Below are positions 52,801-64,000 of a DNA stretch of 64,000 nt, in pieces. Origin of the DNA: Antedon mediterranea (lineage: Eukaryota; Animalia; Echinodermata); contig NC_092672.1 in assembly GCF_964355755.1 (NCBI RefSeq), positions 10,602,001-10,666,000 of the forward strand. Direction: 5' to 3'. The notes beneath the pieces are model-generated. The model was given only the letters and a program-made list of their open reading frames with translations. It was not told where the DNA came from and did not search any database. Position 1 is the stretch's first letter, and each line of letters starts with the position of its first letter. The position numbers and the translations under genes are program-made.

Positions 52801-55800
52801 TCTGTAAATTGGATCAGCCAGCTGTGTTTATAACTTTATTTCTGTAAACTACTATAGTGGAGCACTGTGGCGCAGTGGCTAGAGCATTGGACTTGCAATC
52901 AAGAGGTTGTCGGTTCAAGCCCCGGCTTGGTCACTGCAGTGTTGAGTCCTTGAGCAAGATTCTTTATCCACATTTTTCCTCCCCACCCAGGTGATAGAAA
53001 TGGGTACCGGTATGTAAAAAGTACTGGGAAGGTAAACCAGACTCGTTTGTGCGGGAGAAGTGGCGTACCCCCCACAAACATACACACTTAGTGGAGTCTG
53101 GCCCAAACGCTAAAGAAATGGAGATGGGCACCACGGCCTTAGGTTTCGACTCGAAACTACAGTATATTCAATCAGCTGTGTTCAGAACTTTAACTTTGTA
53201 AACTGGAATCAACCAGCTGTGATCAGTAAACCAGTTGAAACCTGTTATTTTATATAATTAATTAAATTTGATATAATTGATATCTTTTTGTGTGTTTCAG
53301 ATTTTGGTTTTGCAGTCTTGATGTCAGCTTTAAAGCTAATCTTGTTGTAGCTGGCGACAATGTTGGCAAAGTTTGCTTGTTCACACGACAAGGAGAGAAG
53401 GTACTTTTTTATGCTTTTAAAACTGTTTCTCATATCACTGTTGAGCTTAGCAACCAACAATGTGTCAAATACTGTGGTATGATTTCAGGATTCTGTATTT
53501 GGTCTAAGAATGGAGGAGTTTCCTTCATTGCCATAGACTAAGATACCAGCTAACAATTACCTCATTTTGTTTATTTATATAAAACAAAGAAATTCTTCAT
53601 TAGGCCTTTGTCATTAAGAATAGCCTATTGTTGTTGCACATACACCTTATCTGCTTTATTAAACACTTACTTTTGCTGGTGTATATAAATTAACTATCCA
53701 TGTTTCAAAGTTCTAAAATAAATTTGTGTTGTACTTTTCAAGAAATATCAATGAATTGTAAATGCATTGATTATTGCTGGTTATATTTTTCTGGATACAA
53801 TTTTTTTTAAAATGTATAGTGATAATATTTCAGTTTTCAAATATAGTAATATCCCTGTTGATCGAGAATTCTTTTTTAAAATAAAATTTGGTAACAGGGA
53901 GTTTGTGTCTCACATAAGATAACCATAAAAGAGAAACAGAGAGAAATAGAAGTGAAAAAAAAAAAAGGCAAATTGATATTCTGGCCCATATTGAACCCAC
54001 AGAGAACTCAGGATAACTTGTGGACAGAATCATGCCATACAAACAAACACATTTCCAAACAAGCTAGTAACTATAGGCCTACTTGGAAAATGCAGATATT
54101 GTGTTAAATAATAAAGGAAGACATCCAGCCATTGAATCCTACTTTTTTTCCAATTCCATTGTTAACATTTTAACTCTTGAAATACCTAAAAACAAAAGGT
54201 TTTTGTCTTCTGTCTTGAGTTTGGTTTAAGCTGTTACTTTTAAAAATATTTTGAAAACCAATTGTTGACTTGTTTCTCAAAGCAGAACTCATACAGTATC
54301 AATGATAACAATGTTATGGCAGTATATGATAACAATTTTTAATAATTTTGTCACCATTTCTAGTGTCTTATGAAAATAAAATTGAATTGAACAAGTTAAA
54401 ACATAACAATTAATAATAAAAACAATAGTATTATCCTAAAGCTCTGTCCATATATGGGCACATCACATTTTGTTGTCACATAAAGTTTTATAGTATAGAC
54501 AGAGCTTAAAAATCACAATTTTTTGGCAGAAAGGACTTGTTTCCTTTCGTCACTCGCCACAATAATATTTTTTGTGTATAGTTCTTTCATTTATTATGTA
54601 GTAATGTATTATTTATCAAAAGGTTTCGTCTGATCGTCTGCACAAAGCAAAGGTTACACATTGCGAGTTCAATCCTTCTTGTGATTGGTTGTTAGCAACT
54701 GCGTCCGTTGACAAAACTGTGAAATTATGGGATGTCAGGATGATGAAAGACAAGAACAGTTTTGTGCAATGCTTGTCACACGAGAAACCTATTAATTCTG
54801 GTAATTTCTTTTAATGAAATTTTCCATCTAATTAGATGATTATAGAAACAAAAGGGGGCCTATAATTTTAAAGGGTAGTTTTAATGAACTAGCTGAATTT
54901 TTTTATACGAAGTTTCTGCATCTAGGCCTACGCCTTGGAGTAAATATAATCCCCAGGCTATATCTACCCCTATATAGCGCGCTAATGTGTGATGGCTGAA
55001 TGGGCAGTGTGTGGGTCTTGCAACGTCATGCTGTAGCGTTAGGCTAGGGTTCAAAACGCATTGGTATAATTTTTTTTTTTGCTCGCCATCTTCTTTATTG
55101 ACTATCATCTTTTCTCACCATTTTCCTAGATGTATATTTTTTCTTAGGTTATGAGGGCCCGAGACAGAGGGTGGGATAGGTATAGATATTTGCATAGTGT
55201 AAACCTAGCCACTACGTTTTTTATATATATTGAAAACGATTATTAGAAATTGAACATTAGAAGGATGTCACTAAAAATAGAAACTTTTGCGGTTGTTGGG
55301 ATCCTTGATATATGGTAGCCACACACCAATCTCTTAATTGGAATTTACATAGCCATTCCAACCTATCTAAAAAATATTAATGCCTTTATATACCGTAATA
55401 ATAATAATCAATATGATGAGCAACACAAAAACAAATTTAGGAGTTCTGTTCATGTTTTTGGCTAATTGTTAAACTAATAAAGTACTTAGTGCAATAATAA
55501 TTTGTGCTCTACTCTAGCTTATTTTAGCCCTGATGGTTCTAGACTACTGACCACTGACCAACACGTTGACATTAGGATATATTCAGGTCCTTATTGGTCA
55601 GACACCTACAACACTATTGTTCATCCGCATCGATTCTATCAACATATTACGCCTTTTAAGGTAAGTAGGCCTACTGCATGCCAGAAATAGATATGATATA
55701 AAAACAAATAATATGGCTCATCAATTTATTGGTTTTTATATTTATTTTATGTTTTATAGTTTTAAATTTACAGAAAAGAAACATTTTATAGATTACATCT

Positions 55801-57493
55801 TCTAATCTACTCATATGTCTTCTAGGCTGTGGACATTAAGCTTAATTATTATTGATCTGTGGTGAATCCAGGAGCGAGGGCCTACCAATTTGAACCTATT
55901 TTCTGCATTCTATTTTTCAACATTTAAAAAGTGCCCCTTAAGAAGAAACAGAATTTCTAAATTTCTTTCGTACTATTTTTTGTTAACATTCTGAAAATAC
56001 TGTAAGCAGAGGTCTAAGATCTTGTGTTCATTGTCACTTTACCAAGTTTTTTGTTAGCCTAAACACAAATTTACTGCAGTCAACCACAAATCTAAGATGG
56101 TTGTTCATGACTCAATAAGAACTACATGAAACCAATATTTCCAGAAAGCATTTTTAGTGTGAATATTCTCATTAATTTTACAGGCTACATGGCATCCAGT
56201 GCATGATATTATTGTTATTGGTCGATATCCAGATTCAAGTTTTCCTGGTTACCGAGATGGAGAGTGTCGTACTGTTGACATGTTTAATGCCAATACTGGA
56301 AAAATAATTTGCCAATTGCTGGATCCTAGTGCATCTGGGATAATATCGGTAAGAGGATAGACATTAGACTGGCTTAGCCGATACAGGTCAACATGAGCGT
56401 TCCAAGCAACTGATCGCAACTTTAAGTAGCACACAGTTGGCCAAAATATGTCGACATTTTGCATAGTTGACTTGCTTTCATTTGAACATAAATTTTGAAA
56501 TGTGTTACATTTGCAGGTTGCAACATCATGACAAGTTGCAATCAGCTTAATGGAAACATAGTATTTTATTTCTGTTCAATTGCTTAAAAGTTGATAAAAA
56601 TGCTCTTGCGCAACTACAGTTGCGCTCTGTGTCAACCTAACATAGCATTTCTACAGCATTGGTTCGGTTTGGTTGTGGATCTTGGATGAGCAAAGATCTC
56701 CCTTTTAATATACAACAATCAAAGAAAAAGAAACAGTTTATTACTTAAAAATTAAATTGGATTGAATTTAGTGGTGTTTAGGTAGAAAAATAAAGGTTTT
56801 GCGTAGACTAACTTATTGTAACAACTTGTTTCTACAGTTAAACATGTTTAATCCCAAGACAGATGCATTGGTCTCTGCAATGGGTAAGTTTTCTGAAATC
56901 AATAATCTCTATTTTATTACTTGTTTAAAGTATTTTGCAGCGAAAAACCAATTTAGTCAATTTCCCAACATATTTCCAATTCATTGGTTAATAATTAACC
57001 TTCAAGAGAGTAAATTTAGATCTAGAATTGATTTAATTGATGTTTGTTAGTGTGAATATGATATTTATATTATAATTGCATTAACTTACTTTCACATTTA
57101 TATTACAATATTTATAACAATAAAACATATTGAACTGATAGTTTTAAAACAAATTTTTAAAAGGAATTGACAATTACTGATTTGAAAATAACATTTTTAT
57201 TGATTTTTTTTTATTTACCCAAAGGATATCACATTCTAGTGTGGATAGGAGATGAAGAAGCTTTTGAGAAACAACAAAAAGTGATGGAATCGTTACGAGC
57301 AAACAGCTCCAACATCGGTGGCCCATCAACGTATAGAAGACCGAGACGAAGAAGAGATAATAATGATGAGAATGATGAGGATGATGACGATGTCTCTTCA
57401 ATGAAAAAGAAAATCAAAAAGCCTAAACAAAGTAAAGCTAAAGAGGAAAAAGAAAACCAGAAAGTTAAAATCAAAGGAAAGAAATCAAAGTGA
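49817..57493 (+). CDS. DDB2: DNA damage-binding protein 2 (WD40), ~475 aa; exons 49817-49897, 50572-50679, 51148-51339, 52264-52409, 53301-53400, 54623-54800, 55518-55660, 56184-56348, 56838-56883, 57225-57493
   Basis: [94 protein letters not shown]. Internal exon sizes 192/146/100/178/143/165/46 match human DDB2 as I recall it; first two coding exons are less certain. Confidence 0.93.
52082..52209 (+). other. DDB2: Tandem duplicate of DDB2 exon 52264-52409 (alternative exon or pseudo-exon)
   Basis: Translates [42 protein letters not shown], flanked by AG and GTCAGT, same phases (0 to 2). Confidence 0.75.
52514..53225. repeat. ~45-bp minisatellite in a DDB2 intron, interrupted by a SINE
   Basis: ATTCTGTAAACTTGATTCAGCCAGCTACTGTGTTCAGAACTTTA-like units at 52514-52850 and 53165-53225. 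Confidence 0.8.
52858..53153 (+). mobile_element. tRNA-derived SINE with conserved central domain
   Basis: A-box TGGCGCAGTGG, B-box GGTTCAAGCCC, core TCCTTGAGCAAGA...CCACCCAGGTG..AAATGGGTACC; AAACTAC on both flanks. Confidence 0.85.
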
Positions 57494-58879
57494 TAAAGTA
57501 GTGTAAAGGTCTGTCTACACTATCACACTAGTTTGTTATATGTGTGATATTCCCAAATATGGTAGTGGTATGACATCATCATGTCCATATATGAGCACAT
57601 CACATTTTGTTGTTACATCAAGTTTGATAGTGTAGAAGGCAGAGCTTAATTAATTTTATTAAAACCAAAGACGATCTTGAAGAAAGGTGAAACAATGTGT
57701 ATTCTGTGTGAATACTTTTATATTTTATAGCATGGAAAAAGTTTGTCTATTACACTTGTAAAAATGTACAATATTTGTTTGTCATATGAACAAACAATTT
57801 GATTACTCTGTGATCTTATTTTTCTTCCATTTTAACTATTAGTAATTGTAAATATTGACATTTTAATTTTAAAAAATGTATAAAAGTAAGATATTTCAAG
57901 CATAATATTCTTAGACAAGAATAAGTTAGCTGATACTATATATATTTTTTTAAATAAATTGTTATACTGTCGTGCAGTACACACCATTTGTTAGACATTC
58001 ATATAAAAGACAAACACATATCTATGTGAAAATTGTCAGTATTAATTTTTTTTAAATGTTTTAATCATACAGTACAAATGTAGAAATGTACATTACTATG
58101 GGTAACATAATGCTATTTTTCTGGTACTGTATTTTATTTATTGTGTTTTAGTAAAGGGGAAAATATTAATAACCAAACTGCTATTGTAAACAAAAATTGG
58201 TATGAAAAAGACTTCGTTTTATAATCTCAAAATTGTGACTGTGATTTTAATGTGTTTATTTTTTATTATACTGTAAGATTTTGTATTGTGTATTATAAGT
58301 ACAGTAGTAGTACATGTTTTAGTCCATAAATGATTGACAAGTTTTTACAATAAAAATGTATACAAAGTCAACTCTTCTCTAATAAAAACCCATGGTATTG
58401 AAAGTTTAAATGGAAAACCACCGATATCGTTAGCTACGAATTGAACCTTTTTAATTTCAGATTTAATGCTTTATATATAGTCAATAGGCATACAATACAA
58501 GATACAATGCGAAAAGGCTCTATGGCTAATAACTAACTAACACGCAGAAGTACAAAAAGGCAGACCTTAAAAAACATAAAGAGAAACCATAATATAGAAG
58601 AAAGATTATAATACCGTATATTCGAATAAACGCCCCGCTTTGAATAAACAGAACATCATGTGGCCTTTATTAATTTCCTCGAATAAACGCTCCGCAACAT
58701 ATTATATATATATATATATATATATATACATTTTGATAAAATTTTCACTTTATTTTATCACTTCCTGATATTAAAAGTGTATTTTTTCAAAGCTAGGGGG
58801 TATTTATTTGATTATACTTGTTACCATATTACACCCAAAAAAAAAAACGCCTCCCCCGAATAAACTGAACAAAAACGCC

Positions 58880-59045
58880 CGGGTATCCCTTTTCATACAA
58901 CACAGGGTATCCCTTTTTATACAACAGGGTCTCCCTTTTCGTACAACACATGATCTCCCTTTTCGTACAACACAGAGTCTCCCACTCTCCCTTTTCGTAC
59001 AATAGCGTCTCCCTTTTCGTACAATAGCGTCTCTTTTTTCGTATT
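58880..59045. repeat. ~22-bp degenerate minisatellite; a similar reverse-oriented tract lies at ~63095-63260
   Basis: TCTCCCTTTTCGTACAA-type units; GGGAGACCCTAAAATATGAAA-type units at 63.1 kb. Confidence 0.65.
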
Positions 59046-59174
59046 GGGTCTCTAGTTTCCTGAACAGGACAGTATAACAATTCCCAAAAATATATGGCAA
59101 GCATTAAGGGAAGTAAACTAAAAAGATTTTAATTCCTTTTCACGTTGAAGCTGCTGCATAAAAATAAGTACAAT

Positions 59175-59215
59175 ACTAGAATTTAATTCGTCACTTTGAC
59201 GAATTATAGGTGATA
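59175..59215 (-). mobile_element. Isolated 3' terminus of the HINE-like family
   Basis: CTAG..AATTCGTCA-CTT-TGACGAATT-ATAGGTGATA. Confidence 0.6.
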
Positions 59216-59745
59216 ATTTTTATCATTTTATTGACATTGACATGATTTATTATCTTTACTTATTTAAGTTAGGACCATATCAGTCAGATTTTGTTATAGA
59301 CACAATGACCCGAGAATCACACTATAGGCCTACTGACGTTTTGAGTCCATCAAAATGCCATTTCGAAATTAAGTAGATGGAAATAAGTCAACCAATAAAG
59401 ATAATATAATGCACTGACGTAGATTGTAGGGTTGAGCCGATGAGTCTGAAAACAAAAATCATACATTGTCTCGAAATGCTCTCTAAAGTAACAATATGTT
59501 TTTTGTTTGATCTGACGTACACAAACACTGGCATAGGCTTGTCTTTGTTGTTGCATCATCGTCAAACACCACAATAATGTTAAAATATAATGATTTCACG
59601 TGCACAATTTATAACTTACAAAATCACTGTCATTGTCACCTGCCAGCTATCACGTAGGTTTCGAACGTCATCCAAGCCATGAACATACCGAATGAGTCGC
59701 TTCGAATGATTTAATTTAGGTCTCTACTTAATCAACGATTTAAAA

Positions 59746-59801
<56 letters not shown>

Positions 59802-60291
59802 GTTTAAAAATGGATTTATTAATAATACGGACCATACAATAAAGGTACTTTTTTTACAATTGTTTAATAAGTTTTGCCGTAAGATTAAATAAATAAAATT
59901 GGAATAAAGACCAAAACTCTTTCTACACTATAAAATAGTTTGTCAAAAAAAGTGCGATGTGCCCAAATAAGGTAGTGATATGCCCAAATGTATGGTAGTG
60001 ATCATCATGTCCATATATGGCCACATCACATTTTTTTGTCACATCAAGTTTGATAGTGTAGACAAAGCTTTACGGCGAATGACAGAGGTAGGTTTTACCC
60101 AATAGGCAGCTATCAAAATACATGCCGGCCCACTATATATTACACATAATAGGAAGATTAAATTGAGGGTTTATAAGGCAGTTACTGTTGTTAATTGTTC
60201 AAGAGTTGGTTATTTTTTACACTGTGAAGCACATACTGTACCTTCCTTTAAATTGTCTTTTGTGAGTTGGTCAACAATCCTCTAAGCTAAG

Positions 60292-61744
60292 ATGATTCCA
60301 CAGCTGAAGCCTGTTTACCTTATGTGTTGTGTCATAATTATGCAAAGCACATCTGCTTGTAATGTAACTCCGGATCCGGATCCAGATCCAATCTTTACTA
60401 CAGTGTCGATACCAACAACCGGTAAGTTTGTAATTGTTAGATGATATTGATTGAGATTTTTTAATCATTTAAAAAACTGTAGGCCTATTTCATAAAACAA
60501 TACTTTTAACGACACTGTTACTATTCTTGTAGCCGTATTCTTCTAAAGACGCATGGCTAGCTGTCGTGTTGGGTGTTTACTTGAGATATCCACGTTTATA
60601 CAATTTTAATTTAACTTGTTTTGATTTATATAAAATTGAAACACAATGCTATTAATTAAAATGAAAAACAATTTAAAGTGTTCTTTCTACGATTCTACTT
60701 CAATCAGTTTTAAATCATAGTTGTTGGCCTAAATTGTTGTGGTTTTGCCAAGTAAAGTTGGTACTTGTAGTTACATTAATTGTTGTATAAGTATGAGGTA
60801 TAGATTGAAAAGGTAATTCATCACAATTGAGTTCGCGTTTTCCAGTTGTTTTGGTCATTGTTCCTCTCTGTTGTTGGAAGCAAAAGTGTTTCAATCAATC
60901 GGATCTAATGAATACGTCGAATTAATGTTAATTTTTTTCCGATCACGTTTTCAGTTACAGAAGACTGTATGAAGTGTATTTGCCAAGTCGAGTCAAACTG
61001 TGCGATTCCCAATCCAGTTTGCAAGAATGACGTCGGCTCATTGTCTTGTGGCCCTTACCAAATTAAGGAAAATTATTATGAAGATGCTCAACGGGAAGGA
61101 GAGAACCTAGGCCCAGGTAATTTGTTAATTTTAATAATGCAATTTATTTTATGTGATGTTAACATTTTGTACATAACTATATCCAAGGCAATTATTTTTT
61201 CAAAAAGGCAGAGAAAACAGACGATACAAAGATAACCTGTGTTTATTCAAATTTCAGAGGCGTCTATTTTTTCCATATTCAACGTATTAAACGAGCTGAC
61301 GTATTTTTTTAACCGAATATTTGACGGTTTTTACATAAAAGTAGTTGGCCAACTTGCAAATATTGAGAAAATAATCATATTAAAAAGCATTTACACACTT
61401 AATTAGCAACGGTGGAAACAAGTGGAATTATTATCAATGTAACGAATAGACTTTTGTACAAAACAAACCAACATGTTTATTTTTAAGATGTGGGTCCCTT
61501 GGATGATAATTATAATTGTCTTTTATTTTTTTAATTTTTAGACTGGAAAAGCTGCACAAAGACGTTTGAATGTAGTGAACGATGCGTTCAAGGGTACATG
61601 GCTCGTTATGCAATTGAACGCCGTATTGGTCACGATCCCAAATGCGAGGATTTTGCACGTATCCACAACGGAGGTCCTAACGGATATAAAAAAGACAGCA
61701 CTAAAGGATACTGGCAGAAAGTTAAAAAATGTCTTGGAAATTAA
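60292..61744 (+). CDS. Invertebrate-type (i-type/destabilase) lysozyme, ~164 aa, secreted; exons 60292-60421, 60955-61116, 61542-61744
   Basis: Signal-like N-terminus; CMKCICQVES (catalytic Glu), DVGSLSCGPYQIK (catalytic Asp), CVQGYMARY, CEDFARIHNGGPNG, YWQKVKKC. Confidence 0.95.
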
Positions 61745-63289
61745 TCCACAAAAATGTCAAATCGATTCAAATGAATTAATTATTTTAGTGGAATCTAGCC
61801 ACAAATTAGTTACCATTTAAACTGTATGTAAAATGTTTAAATATATATTAAAGCAAATAGAATAATTATGAAATTTTACATTTATAAGAAATCTGGGGTT
61901 TACAATTTCTTGAACATATTTTTTATCTTTTATAGTTTATATAATTATGAGCACATTAAGTGTTGTTAATGTTATTGAATGAAGATAACAAAGCAGGCTT
62001 GTCTGTGGTTTGAGCAATGTAGAGCATACGACGCGATTAGTCAACTCATTGTTCCTTTGCGTCCAAGTGAATTTTAACCAAGCTTTATAGTTGCAAGTTA
62101 TGTTTCATCAAATAAACATTAATTTTGTTAATTAAATTCCAATAAAGCAATACAGTTTTGTTGCATGTTAATTGCACCCTTATTATTCTCCAGGCAAACA
62201 CATCCTGTGTTTTATGGTGGACATTTTAAAATCTAAAATGGCGGCTTTCATCAGGCCAGATGAGCTGAAACTTTTTTGGTAGATATATTGAGCCAATAGA
62301 CACAAATAAGTTGAGAAACACTTGTCGCTACTGTTTTCCCGGAGAAATTAGAAAATGGGGATACTGTAACAGTTCACTGTAGCTAATATATTATATATAT
62401 GACTATCATATATGCAAATAATGAATGTTTATGAGTGTAATGGAACAAATATGCATTTGTTACCAATAATGGCATTTGGTGAATGATGAAAGGTTATATA
62501 TCACCTTAAGTTATATATATATATATATAAATCCAAAGGCAAATTACTGAAAAAATGACAATTCTGTGGGTATCAGTGGCTGGATCCCAATGGAGATACA
62601 AATGAAAAAGCGAAAAGCTAAATCAAAACGATAAAGTAAAACATCCAGAAAAGTTAGCAAGCTTTCGGGCAACACTAGCCCTTCATTAACCTTTCATCAT
62701 TCTAATGCCATTACGCGAATATTTTATAGGTGGCGCTGTTGTATTTCAAAAGCAATACAGTAGTACAACAAAAATATTTTCCAAAACACGAACTGATTTC
62801 TTATTTCGTACACGAAAAAGGTTAAACGATCGTTTACTAGTGCGTACTATTTCACGCTATTTGACCCACAATCATCCAATCAATTGACAGAAATTTATTT
62901 AGGTGTTATATAAAAATATATATATCGGACGTTTTTCACAATAAATATTTCTTTTTCTTTCTAAATTGTTTTTCTAAAGACCACATTACACTACAATATT
63001 AATTAATTAATTAATTATGCTTTCCGAATTTTAAAGGTAAAACAAAAATACTGATCAACTAGGGTATTTCGAAACTAAACCCGAGATCCAACTCGAAAGG
63101 GGAGACCTTATAGGAAAAGGGAGATCCTAATATTTAAATGGGAGACGCTAATTTATGAAAATGAAGACCCTAATGTACGAATATGGAGACATAATATATG
63201 AAAATAGAGACCGTAATACATAAAGGGAGACCCTAAAATATGAAAGGAGAGACCATAATGTATATATATATATATATATGCCTCTTGTG

Positions 63290-63725
63290 TTAAATAAAAT
63301 GGACCAGAGAATCAGAAATAAAAGATAATGAATAAAATGTCTTGGACATAATATAAGGCCTACTATCCTTGAAAGTTGTGAAGTGTGGTTTGTGAAGAAA
63401 ATGCTAAGGATTTTGTGGACTGATAAAGTAACCAATGTAGAGGTGTTTAGGAGAGCCGAAATAAAAAGGAAAGGTGTAAAGGTAATGAGGATAAGGCAGC
63501 TAAAATGTCTTGTAGGCCATGTAAACAGAAAAGATGGCTTGGAGAACCTGTCAATAACCTGAAAGATTGAAGGAAAGAGGAGCAGGGGTAGAAAACGTGT
63601 AATGTGAATGACAAGCCTAATCGAGTGGTTGCAAGTTAATGGAATAACGAACCAAGGAGTGGACCTTTTAAAGAAAGCAAAAAGCAGAAAATTGTGGCAG
63701 ACCATGATCGCCTACGTCCGTACAC
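63290..63725 (+). mobile_element. Degenerate RTE-clade LINE 3' fragment
   Basis: EVWFVKKMLRILWTDKVTNVEVFRR, GHVNRKDGLE, KIEGKRSRGRKR, WQTMIA with stops and frameshifts. Confidence 0.8.
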
Positions 63726-64000
63726 TTCGCTAATGCAAACGCTTTCTGTCGAGCCGTCTGTGTAGTCGAGTGGATTAGAAAATGGACTTTCTACTTATTG
63801 GGTTCGAAACCCATGAGTAACTTATTTTTACTTTTTAGTGAAAAAGAGAGAGATTATTTAGAGGGTTAGGTTTAAATATATTTAGGAAGTAGTTCGGCTA
63901 TCTTTCACATAAGGGGTCCCCAAGTTATGTACGAAACAAAAAATCGCCCCCAAGACATCCAAAACCTTACATTTTATTTTATTTTCTAAGTTAAGAGTAG

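Noticed and set aside
52861-52935. Functional tRNA gene (TGC anticodon-like loop)
   Set aside because: Imperfect stems and direct continuation into a SINE core and tail; the same applies to tRNA-like heads at 19039, 19942 and 23850
61566-61820. 84-aa ORF overlapping the lysozyme last exon
   Set aside because: Wrong frame; the true exon reads WKSCTKTFEC...HNGGPNG from the acceptor at 61541
63148-63705. 185-aa minus-strand ORF
   Set aside because: Antisense shadow of the RTE LINE fragment and adjacent repeats

Overview
AT-rich animal genomic DNA with spliced GT-AG genes. Gene content and repeats fit a marine invertebrate, possibly an echinoderm (inference). Eight protein genes can be reconstructed by eye, in order: last exon of a GRL101/relaxin-receptor-like LGR (+), a single-coding-exon class A GPCR with a very long ICL3 (-), a membrane-anchored copine/RGLG-type vWA protein (+), RER1 (-), SLC35F6 (+), TPI (-), DDB2 (+) and an i-type lysozyme (+). 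Introns and spacers hold satellites, TWA- and TTAA-target MITEs, Helentron-associated (HINE/DINE-1-like) elements, tRNA-derived SINEs and LINE relics. The strongest leads are: a tandemly duplicated, phase-matched DDB2 exon (candidate mutually exclusive exon pair); a minimal hammerhead ribozyme in SLC35F6 intron 1; a HINE family with co-varying termini and an internal tRNA-like segment; a MITE family present with 0, 1, 2 and about 30 copies of an internal 21-mer; TAGGCCTA clusters behind first exons; and a possible nested antisense membrane-protein ORF in DDB2. All coordinates were read by hand and no database searches were run.
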